DNA of 64,000 nt from an uncultured Candidatus Binatia bacterium (lineage in GTDB: Bacteria > Desulfobacterota > Binatia > Bin18), in the NCBI GenBank assembly GCA_965200965.1, contig OZ241744.1:2880001-2944000 (forward strand), read 5' to 3'. Positions within the stretch are counted from its first letter, which is position 1. Every line of letters begins with the position of its first letter. The notes beneath the pieces were generated by a model that saw nothing but the letters and a program-made list of their open reading frames with translations, ran no database searches and was not told the origin of the DNA. Below, one piece after another: positions 21,907-31,368 of this stretch. The translations under genes were made by a program, and so were the position numbers.

Positions 21907-22866
21907 CTAGCCTTCGCGTGGGTCCTGCTGCGCGCCCGGCCCGGCTTGGGGAGCGTTGTTGTCGGTGCTGCTTTCCTGTACCACCGGTATCTCATTCTCC
22001 TGGTTGTAGTCGCTGCCCGGGCTTTGCAGGTAGTTGAGCAGTTCCGAGTTTGCCGGCAGCACCAGGGTAGTGCCGTCGGTCAGAATCTTCTCGTAGGTCT
22101 GCAAGCGACGGGTAAAAGCGTAGAACTCTTCGTCCTGCCCAAAGGCACCTGCATAAATCAGGGTTGCCTCGGCGTCACCCTCACCCTTGAGCTTTTCGCT
22201 CGTTTCGTAGGCGGTGGCCAGAATGATCTCGCGCTCACGTTCTGCCCCGGCCCGTACCTCGCGGGCCTTTTCATCGCCTTCGGCCCGATAGCGTTTGGCG
22301 ATACGTTCCCGTTCAGCCCGCATACGGGCAAAGACGCTGGCCTGGACTTCCTTGGGCAGGTCGAGGCGTTTGATGCGTACATCACGGACCTCAATGCCAA
22401 ACGACTTTGAGGTCTCAATGGTGTCTTTGGTCACGACCTGCATGATATTCTCCCGCTCTTCTCGAATCACGTCCAGAAAATTGTGCTTGGCGATCTCCTG
22501 GCGCAGACGGGCCGAGATAATTGCGTCAAGGCGGGTCCGGGCCTGCTCTGGATTCCGCACGCTGCGGTAGAACTCGAGCGGCTGCTCAATCCGCCAGCGC
22601 GAGACATGGTCAATCAACACCCGCTTTTTGTCGAGCGTCAGATACTCCGCGGGGCGGGCGTCGGTGGTCAGGACGCGCTTATCGAACCGAATCAGCTGCT
22701 GCATGAAGGGGATTTTGAAATACAGGCCAGGGTCGCGCAGGGTCCGTTGCCACTGACCGAACTGGAGGATCATCCCCTGTTCCCACTCGCCGATAGTGAA
22801 GGCGGGTTGCAAGATCGCAAAGGCAAAAACAACAACCAAACTGATACCAACCAGCAGACGTGCCAT
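21907..22866 (-). CDS. hflC: FtsH protease modulator HflC
   Basis: PGLYFKIPF, DKKRVLID, RMRAERER.A..YRAEG, FYAFTR.L motifs. Confidence 0.95.
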   Translation of the reverse strand: MARLLVGISLVVVFAFAILQPAFTIGEWEQGMILQFGQWQRTLRDPGLYFKIPFMQQLIRFDKRVLTTDARPAEYLTLDKKRVLIDHVSRWRIEQPLEFYRSVRNPEQARTRLDAIISARLRQEIAKHNFLDVIREERENIMQVVTKDTIETSKSFGIEVRDVRIKRLDLPKEVQASVFARMRAERERIAKRYRAEGDEKAREVRAGAEREREIILATAYETSEKLKGEGDAEATLIYAGAFGQDEEFYAFTRRLQTYEKILTDGTTLVLPANSELLNYLQSPGSDYNQENEIPVVQESSTDNNAPQAGPGAQQDPREG

Positions 22867-22879
22867 AGTGTCCCTCCTT

Positions 22880-23953
22880 TTAGTTACGCGGAGCGGCCTG
22901 GGCCGCTCCCGCGGCCGCGGTCATGCCTCCCAACTCCTTGAGCGGCAGGAGGGGCACGACGCCGTTGCTGTTGCCCGCATCGAGAATAATTTTTTCCACA
23001 GCGGGCATGATCCGCTCAACGCTCTCCAGGTACAGACGGTCTCGGGTGACCTTTTTGGCCTTTTTGTACTCGCCCAGGACCTGCAAGAAGCGATCGGCGT
23101 CCCCCTGAGCGCGGATGACCCGCTGGGCTTTGTAGGCCTCGGCCTGTTGGAGTATCTGGGCGGCCTCGCCCCGGGCCTTGGGCACGACATCTTCACGGTA
23201 GCCCTCGGCCTCCTTAATCAAGCGGTCGCGGTCTTCGAGGGCCCGGACCACATCATGAAACGCATCCTGGACCTCGCCCGGCGGATCGACGGCCAGCAGC
23301 CTGGCTTCTGTGACATACAGCCCGGTCTGATAGGCGTCGAGCAACTCCTGGAGCGCAACCCGGGCCTGCTCCTGGACCTCTAGGCGTCCGTCGGTCATGG
23401 TGTGGTCAATGGTGTTGCTGCCGACCGCGCTGCGGAGCGCCACCTCTGCCGAGGAGTGCAAGATACCTTCCGGGTCGGAAGCCCCGAACAGAAATTTGGC
23501 CGGATCGTTGACCAGATACTGCACAAAGAGCTGGAGCTGGACGATGTTTTCATCGCCGGTCAGCATCAGGGCTTCTTCCGGTCGGGCGTCGGCCTGACCG
23601 CGTAGACCCCGGCCCACTGCGCCGCGTGTCCGAAAGCCGATCTCGGCATTCCGAATCTGTTTGACATCAACCACCGCATAGCGCTGGATCGGCCACCAAT
23701 GCCAGCGCAAGCCCGGCTCGGTCAACTCCGACACCCGCCCAAACAGGAGCTCGACGCCCTGTTCGCCAGGGCCAACGATGTACAGCCCGACATAACACCA
23801 CAGGGCCAGGGCCAGGGCACCGACCAAGCCAAAGACGCCCCAGCCGCGGTTGAAGATTTTAAACCTCTGGGCTTTTCTTTTGAGCTCTTCGACGGCTTGG
23901 AAGAGTTCATCAGCCGGTGATGGGCCGTCTTGATTTCGCCATTGATCTGCCAT
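22880..23953 (-). CDS. hflK: FtsH protease modulator HflK
   Basis: MLTGDENIV, VQDAFHDV..A.ED, VTRDRLYLE motifs. Confidence 0.95.
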   Translation of the reverse strand: MADQWRNQDGPSPADELFQAVEELKRKAQRFKIFNRGWGVFGLVGALALALWCYVGLYIVGPGEQGVELLFGRVSELTEPGLRWHWWPIQRYAVVDVKQIRNAEIGFRTRGAVGRGLRGQADARPEEALMLTGDENIVQLQLFVQYLVNDPAKFLFGASDPEGILHSSAEVALRSAVGSNTIDHTMTDGRLEVQEQARVALQELLDAYQTGLYVTEARLLAVDPPGEVQDAFHDVVRALEDRDRLIKEAEGYREDVVPKARGEAAQILQQAEAYKAQRVIRAQGDADRFLQVLGEYKKAKKVTRDRLYLESVERIMPAVEKIILDAGNSNGVVPLLPLKELGGMTAAAGAAQAAPRN

Positions 23954-24109
23954 GCCTGGCCTCCTTCCGCTGAGGGGAATAGGAAAAACGTTCCCCTCAT
24001 CCTACTCCATCTCCTCCGCCAACTCCAGCCTTGGTTTCTTGACTGGACACAGGCGGCGGCCGCGGGGTATTGTTCAGGCCATGCGCCTGTGACAGGGAAG
24101 GAGGAAACC

Positions 24110-24901
24110 ATGCCTGATCACGCCTTGCTCTTACACAAAGAGCCGCCTCTTGCCTGGCTTGTGTTCAATCGGCCCGAACGCCGCAACGCCGTCAGTCTGG
24201 AGATGTGGCAAGCCCTGCCCGACTTGGTCGCCGAGGCCGCTGAGGACCCGGCGGTGCGTGTGCTGCTTGTCCGGGGCGGGGGAGAAGAGGCGTTTATTTC
24301 TGGGGCCGATATCTCGCAGTTTGGCAAAGTCCGCTCTTCATCGGAGACCATGAGCGTCTATAACCGGGCGACCGGCGCTGCGCTGCACGCCCTCGAACAA
24401 CTGGAAAAGCCGCTGGTGGCCATGATCCATGGCTTCTGCCGGGGCGGCGGCTGCTCGGTTGCGCTGATGTGCGACCTGCGGCTGTGCGCCGATGACGCGA
24501 GTTTTGGGATTCCGGCCGCCCGGCTGGGTATTGCCTATGCCATTGAGACCGGGGTGGAGCGGCTGGTGCAGGTCGCAGGGGCGGCCAACGCGGCCGAGAT
24601 TCTGATGACCGCCCGGACCTATGACGCCGAAGAAGCCTGCCACATGGGCCTGGTGAACCGGGTCATCGCCAAGACCGAACTCGAATCCTTCACCCGCGAT
24701 TATGCTACCACAATGGCCGACAACGCCCCGCTCAGCGTAGCTGCCCATAAGTTCTTTATCCGCGAGAGCGCCAAAGCCGCGGCCCTGCGGGACGCCGACA
24801 AAATCCGCGCCCTGTCTGCCGCCTGTGCCGAGAGCGAAGACTACCGCGAGGGCGTGCGGGCGTTCATGGAAAAGCGCCGCCCGCGGTTTCAGGGCAGCTA
24901 G
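24110..24901 (+). CDS. Enoyl-CoA hydratase/isomerase
   Basis: NRPERRNA, AFISGADI, GFCRGGG, DYREGVRAFMEKRRP motifs. Confidence 0.93.
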   Translation: MPDHALLLHKEPPLAWLVFNRPERRNAVSLEMWQALPDLVAEAAEDPAVRVLLVRGGGEEAFISGADISQFGKVRSSSETMSVYNRATGAALHALEQLEKPLVAMIHGFCRGGGCSVALMCDLRLCADDASFGIPAARLGIAYAIETGVERLVQVAGAANAAEILMTARTYDAEEACHMGLVNRVIAKTELESFTRDYATTMADNAPLSVAAHKFFIRESAKAAALRDADKIRALSAACAESEDYREGVRAFMEKRRPRFQGS

Positions 24902-24911
24902 GATCACGTCC

Positions 24912-25004
24912 GTGTGTCCGCGGTGGTGCTGACCCGAGTGCGTTCTTCAGTCTGATATTGAAGAAGCGAGGGCACGGTTGAAGAACTGGAATCTGAGACC
25001 TTAG
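24912..25004 (+). pseudogene. C-terminal remnant of a RelE/ParE-type addiction-module killer toxin
   Basis: ...QSDIEEARARLKNWNLRP* resembles the (GGDK..)Q..DI..A tail; lies directly before the antidote gene. Confidence 0.5.
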
Positions 25005-25016
25005 ACCAATGATGGA

Positions 25017-25313
25017 ATGAGCAAAGAATTTGTAAAGGTAAAGCACAACGACTGGCTCTACGAACAACTGGGAGATCCGGGTTTTGCCGCAGCATATCTG
25101 ACCGCGGCGGCAGAAGACGAAGAACCAGCGGTATTCCTGCAAGCGCTTCGTAAGGTCGCCGAGGTCCGAGGCATGACGCAGGTCGCCAAACGGGCGGGGA
25201 TTCCACGCGAGAGCCTGTACCGGATGCTCTCGGCAAAGGGCAATCCGCGGTGGTCAACGCTCGCTCCGGTCGTCCGGGCGACGGGGCTGAAGCTTGAAGT
25301 GATTCGGCCATGA
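25017..25313 (+). CDS. Addiction-module antidote protein (HTH antitoxin)
   Basis: AAAYLTAA, FLQALRKVAEVRGMTQVAKRAGIPRESLYRMLS.KGNP. Confidence 0.9.
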   Translation: MSKEFVKVKHNDWLYEQLGDPGFAAAYLTAAAEDEEPAVFLQALRKVAEVRGMTQVAKRAGIPRESLYRMLSAKGNPRWSTLAPVVRATGLKLEVIRP

Positions 25314-25441
25314 GATATCGAGTGGGTTGGATGTCCTGAAAAAGCCTCCAGGCCAGGGGAGGAGGATGCTGGAAGCCTTATTTGAGGAGCGTTCGGGGCA
25401 GTCTAATCTGGGTTCAACAGGGGGGAGGCTTGACCGCAATT

Positions 25442-26095
25442 ATGACTGAAAATTCAGCCACTACAAAAGAGGAGATGTTGCGCGAGTTTCGCGTCCGGGA
25501 AATTCTGGATGCAACGTGTCGAGTGGTGTCGCGGCACGGCTTTCAGGGGGCGACCGTCGATCGCGTAGCAGAAGAGGCCAGGATCGCCAAAGGCACGATC
25601 TATCTCTATTTCCACAAAAAAGAAGAGCTGTTCAAAGCCGCGGTTGAGCAGGGCATGGAGAACTTCACCGACCAGGTTCGGGCCGAGGTGAAAGAAGTCA
25701 GCGCTCCGCTCGAAAAAATCGTGTGTCTGGTTGAAGCCGTTCTTGAGCTGAGCGATACCAACCGCGACTTTTTCAAGATGCTACTGCTTGAGCGCAACCT
25801 GCTGGCCGCCTCGCCGGACCATCCCGAGGCGTCCCATACGCTGGACCTCTATCTCGACTACATCCGGTTTATTGAGGAGACGCTTCAAGAGGCGGTTCAT
25901 GCCGGGGTGCTTCGTCCGCATAACACCGAAGCCTCAGCCTTTGCCCTGAGCGAGTCCATGCGGGGATGCTTCCAGCAGCGGGCCTTGGGGCTGACGGCGC
26001 GCTCGGCCACAGAGGACGCCGAGATTTTGCTTGACCTGCTGATGCACGGGGTGCTCAACCCCGATCAGAGCACCAACAAGGGGGTGTCATCGTGA
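25442..26095 (+). CDS. TetR/AcrR family regulator
   Basis: GFQGATVDRVAEEARIAKGTIYLYF HTH; upstream of the RND genes. Confidence 0.92.
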   Translation: MTENSATTKEEMLREFRVREILDATCRVVSRHGFQGATVDRVAEEARIAKGTIYLYFHKKEELFKAAVEQGMENFTDQVRAEVKEVSAPLEKIVCLVEAVLELSDTNRDFFKMLLLERNLLAASPDHPEASHTLDLYLDYIRFIEETLQEAVHAGVLRPHNTEASAFALSESMRGCFQQRALGLTARSATEDAEILLDLLMHGVLNPDQSTNKGVSS

Positions 26096-27213
26096 AACGC
26101 AGATCGGTCCTCCCACTGCTGGCGGTCCTGGGCGGCCTCGTAGCGGTCGGCTGCCAGGACGGAGATTCCAAGGTCGCCGAGGCCGAGGCGGCCAAGCCCG
26201 GCCAGGCTGAGCAGGCGGCCGCCCCGGGGCTTACCGTTCAGGTTGCCGCGCCGGTCGTGCGCCAAGTCCAGCGCACCGGCCACGGTCAGGGTGCGCTGTT
26301 TGCCCATGAGACGGTCGTCCTGTCAAACAAGCAGGACGGCTATGTCAGCACCGTCCATGTTGACTTTGGGGACGAGGTCCGCCGCGGTCAGCTCTTGGCC
26401 CAGATGGAACGCGAGGAGCTCGCCCTTGAGGTTGACGCCGCGGAAAGCGCGGTCAAACAGGCCGAAGCCCTGTATATCCGGGCCGAGGCCGAAAACCAGC
26501 GCATTCAAGAGTTGTTTGCCGAGCAGATCATTCCGCCCCAGCGCCGCGACACCGCGGAAGCCGAGTACAAAGTCGCCGCCGCCCAGGTCGAAACCGCCAA
26601 GAAAGCCCTGGCCTTGGCCAAGAAACGCCTGCGCGATACCCGCATTGTGTCGCCGGTCAACGGCTTTGTTCAACAGCGCTTCGCCAACCCGGGCGAGTAC
26701 AAACAGGCCGCCTCCAAACTGCTGGAGGTGGTGGTGGTCAATCCGCTCAAACTGCGCTCGCCTGTCCCGGAACGGTTTGCCGCGGTGGCCCGCATCGGCA
26801 TGGCCCTCCGCGTCGAGGTCGAAGCCCTGCCAGGCGAGATGTTTGAGGGCCGGCTGACCCGGATGGCCGCCCAGGCTGACCACCGGACACGCACCCTGCT
26901 GATCGAAGCCGAAATCCCCAACCCCGACCGCAAGCTGCGGCCCGGCTATTTTGCCCACATCACCGGGGTGCTGGGCGAAGAAGAAGCCCTGTTCATCCCG
27001 CGCGCCGGCCTCTCCCGCTTTGCCGGTGTGGAACGGGTCTTTGTCGTGCAGGACAATATCGTTGTCTCGCGCGAGGTGCGGTCCGGGGTTGAGGACGGGG
27101 ACTGGGTCGAGATCGCCGAAGGGCTGGCCCAGGATGAAGTGATCGCCGTCAGCCGCCTCAACCGTCTGGCCGAGGGCATGGCGGTGCAGGTCCACCGCGC
27201 GGAGGCCCCATGA
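26092..27213 (+). CDS. RND efflux periplasmic adaptor (MFP)
   Basis: Lipobox-like VAVGC, VDFGDEV..GQLL, TRIVSPVNG, LRPG motifs. Confidence 0.92.
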   Translation: MKRRSVLPLLAVLGGLVAVGCQDGDSKVAEAEAAKPGQAEQAAAPGLTVQVAAPVVRQVQRTGHGQGALFAHETVVLSNKQDGYVSTVHVDFGDEVRRGQLLAQMEREELALEVDAAESAVKQAEALYIRAEAENQRIQELFAEQIIPPQRRDTAEAEYKVAAAQVETAKKALALAKKRLRDTRIVSPVNGFVQQRFANPGEYKQAASKLLEVVVVNPLKLRSPVPERFAAVARIGMALRVEVEALPGEMFEGRLTRMAAQADHRTRTLLIEAEIPNPDRKLRPGYFAHITGVLGEEEALFIPRAGLSRFAGVERVFVVQDNIVVSREVRSGVEDGDWVEIAEGLAQDEVIAVSRLNRLAEGMAVQVHRAEAP

Positions 27214-30200
27214 TTCTCGCCGATATCTGTGTTCGCCGGCCGGTCTTTGCCACCATGCTGATCGGCGTGCTGGTGGTGGCCGGCTGGTTCTCATACCGCA
27301 GCCTGACCCTGGAGTTGATGCCCAAGGTCGAGATGCCTGTTGTCACCGTGACCACCACCTTGCCGGGTGCCGGCCCGGAAGAAATTGAGGCCCAGATCAC
27401 CAAGATCATTGAGGAGGCCATCAATACGGTCAGCGGGATTGATGAACTGCGCTCGGTGACCCGAGAAGGGCTCTCGCAGGTGATCGTCCAGTTTGTCCTG
27501 GAAAAAGACCTCGGCGTTGCCGCCCAGGAAGTCCGCGACAAGGTCGGCACAATTCTGGCCGAGCTGCCCCAAGACGCCGACCCGCCGATTGTGGAGAAGT
27601 TTGATATTGACGCCACGCCTATTGCGACGATTACGGTCTCCGGCTTCCGGAGCCTGAAAGAACTGACCGAAATCGCCGAAAACCAGGTCAAGGAGCCGCT
27701 GGAGTCGGTGACCGGGGTGGGGGCGATTGACATTATTGGCGGGCGCAAGCGGGAGATACAGGTTTTGCTTGACCACGAACGCCTGATGGCCTACCGGCTG
27801 TCAATGCGCACGGTAGCCGAAGCGCTGGCCAAACAGAATGTCGAGTTTCCCGGTGGGCGGATCACCCAGGACAGCGGCGAGACCGTGCTGCGCACCCTCG
27901 GTCGGGTCAAGTCGGTCCGCGAGTTTGAAGATATTGTGGTGGCGACCACAGACGGCGTGCCGATCACCATCGCCGACATTGGCCGGGTCGAAGACGGGGT
28001 TGAAGAACCCCGCTCGCTGTCCCGCTACGACGGCAAGAATGCCGTGTCGCTGGTGATCCGCAAGCAGTCGGGGGCCAACACAGTGGATGCGGTTGAGGCC
28101 CTGCAGGAACGCCTGACCGAGGTCCAGAAGCTCCTGCCGCCCGGGCTGGACGCCCGCATCACCCGCGATCAGTCAGAGTTTGTCAAAGCCTCGGTCCACG
28201 AGGTTGAACAGCATCTCATCCTCGGCTCGATATTTGCCAGCATCATTGTGTTTTTCTTTCTGGGCAACCTGCGTTCAACCATTATTGCCGCGGTCTCCAT
28301 CCCGGTCTCGATCATTGCTACCTATACCCTGCTGGCCGCGGCCGGCTACTCGCTCAATCGGATCACGCTGCTCGGCCTGACCCTGGCCGTAGGCATTGTG
28401 ATTGATGACGCCATTGTCGTCCTGGAAAACATCTACCGCTACATTGAAGAGAAGGGCATGAACCCGTTTGAGGCGGCCCGGGCCGCCACCGCCGAGGTCG
28501 GCCTGGCGGTCAGCGCCACCACCTTGTCGCTGGTGGTGATTTTTGTGCCGGTCGGCTTCCTCAAAGGCATCATTGGCATGTGGCTCAGTAGCTTCGGCTT
28601 TACAATGGCCTTTGCCATCATGGTCTCGCTGCTGGTGTCGTTCACCCTGACGCCGATGATGTGCGCCCGCTTCCTGCCCAAGAATAGCGACCACAAGGCC
28701 CATTCATCGCGCGAGTCGCTCTTCTACCGACTCATTGACCGCAGCTATACGGCCATGCTGGCCTGGTCTATGCGCCACCGCTGGGTGGTCGTGTGTCTGA
28801 CCCTGGGGCTGTTTATCGCCACCCCGTGGATCGCCGGCCTCGTTCGGCCCAGCCTGATGGCCAGCGATGATCGGGGCGAGTTTGAGATCAACATCAAAAC
28901 CCCGCCCGGCTACTCGCTGGCCCAGACCGATGCCGTTACCCGCCAGATTGAGGCCGAGATTCAGCCCTTGCCGGGCGTTGCCCATCTGCTGACCGAGATC
29001 GGCTCGGTCGTTGGCGAGTCGGTCACCAGGGCCAAGATCGTCGTCCTGCTCAACCACTACACCGAACGCGACCTGAAGCAGCACCAGGTCATGGACTTGG
29101 CCCGGGAGAAGGTCCAGGGTTTTCCGGGTATGCGCATCAGCGTAGACCAGATTCTGCCGGTGAGCGGCGGCGGCGTGCAGAACGTTGACGTGTCCTACAA
29201 CCTGCGTGGCCCGGAATTGGAAACCCTGCACCACTACGCCGAGGCGTTGACAACCGAGGCCCGGCAGATTCCCGGTCTGCGCGATGTGGACTCGAGCTAC
29301 GAGGGCGGCAACCCTGAACTGCAAGTCCACCTCAACCGCCGCAAGTCTTCCGACCTTGGTGTTGAGGCCGCGGATATTGCCTCCACCATCCGCATCATGG
29401 TTGCCGGCGAGAAAATCACCACCTACCGCGAGGGCGACGAACTCTACGATGTGCGCCTGCGCCTCGCCCCCGAGAGCCGCAACCGGCCGGAGGTCATCCA
29501 GCAGGCCGCCATCCCCTCGGCCGCGGTCGGACAGGTCCAGCTCAGCAGCCTGGTGGACATGATTCCGGGCACCGGCCCGGTCCAGATTGACCGCCAGGAG
29601 CGCCAGCGCCAGATTACGCTGACGGCCAACTTGGCCAAGGGCAAGGCGCTGAGCGACGCGATTGCCGACATTGACGCCAAGGTTGAAGACATGGGCCTGC
29701 CGCCCGGCTATACGACCGGCGTCTCGGGTATGGGCAAGATGTTTGCCGAGATGATGGAGAGCTTCCAGCTTGCCTTTCTGCTGTCGATCATCGGCATGTA
29801 TATGATTCTGGCCGCTCAGTTCGAGAGCTTTCTGCATCCCATTACGATCATGCTGTCGCTGCCCCTGGCAGTGCCGTTTGCCCTGCTGGCCCTGTGGCTG
29901 TTCGATCAGCATCTGGCTCTGTTTGCAATTCTGGGTATGTTGCTGCTGTTCGGGATTGTGAAGAAGAACTCAATCCTCCAGATTGACCATACGATCAACC
30001 TGCGCGCCCAGGGCATCCCGCGTGACGAGGCCATCCTGCGGGCCAACCGTGAGCGCTTGCGACCGATTCTGATGACCACCCTGGCCCTGGTAGCCGGCAT
30101 GGTGCCGATCCTCATCGGTCAGGGGCCGGCGGCCGAGAGCCACCGCGGCATTGCAGTGGTGGTGATCGGCGGGCAGAGTCTGTGTCTGCTGATTACCCTG

Positions 30201-30359
30201 CTGGTGACGCCGGTCGCCTACTCGCTGTTTGACGACATGGAAGCCGGCTTGGCCAGGCTGCTTGAGCGGCTGCGCCGGGCCGTGGCTTGGCTGCGCTTCC
30301 GCCGTACGCCCGGCCCGGCCCATGTCGCCGGGGTCGGCGAAGAGCCTATTGCGGACTGA
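27210..30359 (+). CDS. RND efflux permease (AcrB/AcrD/AcrF family)
   Basis: RRPVFA, GIVIDDAIVVLENI, GIVKKNSIL, RLRPILMTT motifs. Confidence 0.96.
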   Translation: MILADICVRRPVFATMLIGVLVVAGWFSYRSLTLELMPKVEMPVVTVTTTLPGAGPEEIEAQITKIIEEAINTVSGIDELRSVTREGLSQVIVQFVLEKDLGVAAQEVRDKVGTILAELPQDADPPIVEKFDIDATPIATITVSGFRSLKELTEIAENQVKEPLESVTGVGAIDIIGGRKREIQVLLDHERLMAYRLSMRTVAEALAKQNVEFPGGRITQDSGETVLRTLGRVKSVREFEDIVVATTDGVPITIADIGRVEDGVEEPRSLSRYDGKNAVSLVIRKQSGANTVDAVEALQERLTEVQKLLPPGLDARITRDQSEFVKASVHEVEQHLILGSIFASIIVFFFLGNLRSTIIAAVSIPVSIIATYTLLAAAGYSLNRITLLGLTLAVGIVIDDAIVVLENIYRYIEEKGMNPFEAARAATAEVGLAVSATTLSLVVIFVPVGFLKGIIGMWLSSFGFTMAFAIMVSLLVSFTLTPMMCARFLPKNSDHKAHSSRESLFYRLIDRSYTAMLAWSMRHRWVVVCLTLGLFIATPWIAGLVRPSLMASDDRGEFEINIKTPPGYSLAQTDAVTRQIEAEIQPLPGVAHLLTEIGSVVGESVTRAKIVVLLNHYTERDLKQHQVMDLAREKVQGFPGMRISVDQILPVSGGGVQNVDVSYNLRGPELETLHHYAEALTTEARQIPGLRDVDSSYEGGNPELQVHLNRRKSSDLGVEAADIASTIRIMVAGEKITTYREGDELYDVRLRLAPESRNRPEVIQQAAIPSAAVGQVQLSSLVDMIPGTGPVQIDRQERQRQITLTANLAKGKALSDAIADIDAKVEDMGLPPGYTTGVSGMGKMFAEMMESFQLAFLLSIIGMYMILAAQFESFLHPITIMLSLPLAVPFALLALWLFDQHLALFAILGMLLLFGIVKKNSILQIDHTINLRAQGIPRDEAILRANRERLRPILMTTLALVAGMVPILIGQGPAAESHRGIAVVVIGGQSLCLLITLLVTPVAYSLFDDMEAGLARLLERLRRAVAWLRFRRTPGPAHVAGVGEEPIAD

Positions 30360-30389
30360 GCCGCGCCAGAAAAAACCCTTGCGGCCTTA

Positions 30390-30872
30390 TCAGAATGGGC
30401 CGGCCAGCGCCCGCAGGGCTTGGCCGCTGACCCGGTAGGACAGCCATTCCTCCAGGCACTCCAGACCGAGACGGCGGTAGAAGGTCCGGGCCGGGTTCCA
30501 GTCCAGGACCTGGAGCTCAAGCCGGGCATAGCCGCGACGGACGGCAATGGCGGCCAGTGCCCGCATCAGTTTTTCCCCGACCCCCTGGCCGCGTACCGCT
30601 TCCTCAACAAAGATATCTTCGAGATGAATGCCAGCCGTGCCTTCCCAGGTGGAGTAGGTCGGAAAAAAGAGGGCAAAGCCGACCGGAACACCGTCCAGCT
30701 CAGCAATCAGGGTTTCAAATTTGGGCTGTGGGCCAAAACCGTCGCGCAGCAGGTCCCGCGTCGTCGCCTTGACCGCCTCAGGCTTGCGCTCAAAGGCCGC
30801 CAAGCTCTTGATGAAGCACAGGATGATGTCAACATCGGCGGCGCTGGCCGGGCGGACAGTGACAGACGACAT
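30390..30872 (-). CDS. GNAT acetyltransferase (diamine acetyltransferase-like)
   Basis: YSTWEG..GIHLEDIFV...RGQGVG, VLDWNPA..FY. Confidence 0.9.
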   Translation of the reverse strand: MSSVTVRPASAADVDIILCFIKSLAAFERKPEAVKATTRDLLRDGFGPQPKFETLIAELDGVPVGFALFFPTYSTWEGTAGIHLEDIFVEEAVRGQGVGEKLMRALAAIAVRRGYARLELQVLDWNPARTFYRRLGLECLEEWLSYRVSGQALRALAGPF

Positions 30873-30914
30873 GGGCCAGGAATAGAACGGCCCAGGGCAA
30901 AGGGCAAGGGGATT

Positions 30915-31365
30915 TTAGGGATCTGTTTTCACCAGGCGGAACTCTCCCCTGACCGCATTCCGATACAGGGTGATCTGCCCGATGTGCCGCGCCCGGCCCT
31001 CTTCGTCGCTGACGCCCAAGCCATCCTGGGGGGGCGAGGCACAGGACGCCGATTTTGCCGATCTGCTTGTTGTGATGGACCTGCAAGGCGGCCTCCCCGG
31101 TGTCCTCCAGCAGATAGGTTTCTGACAGCAGGGGGTGAATGGCGCGTTTGACCACCAGCCGGTTGGCCTCCCAGGCCACGGGAGTTGGCGAACTGGGAGC
31201 CGATAATCTGCTTTTTGTTCATCCACAGATAGCGGTTGTCGTACTCATGGTCATAGCCGGCGGTTGAGGCGCAGGTCACGACCTTGCCGCCCGGTCGGGC
31301 CACAAAGACGCTGGCTCCGGTCTCCCGGCCCGGGTGCTCATAGACCACATCGTGGTCTTCCTTGT
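30915..31365 (-). pseudogene. ccr: Crotonyl-CoA carboxylase/reductase C-terminal remnant, frameshifted
   Basis: VYEHPGRET.ASVFV, VTCASTAGY, DNRYLWM..K.IIGS.FAN / AWEANRL / H.N...GKIGVLCLAP spread over three frames. Confidence 0.8.
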
Positions 31366-31368
31366 TGC

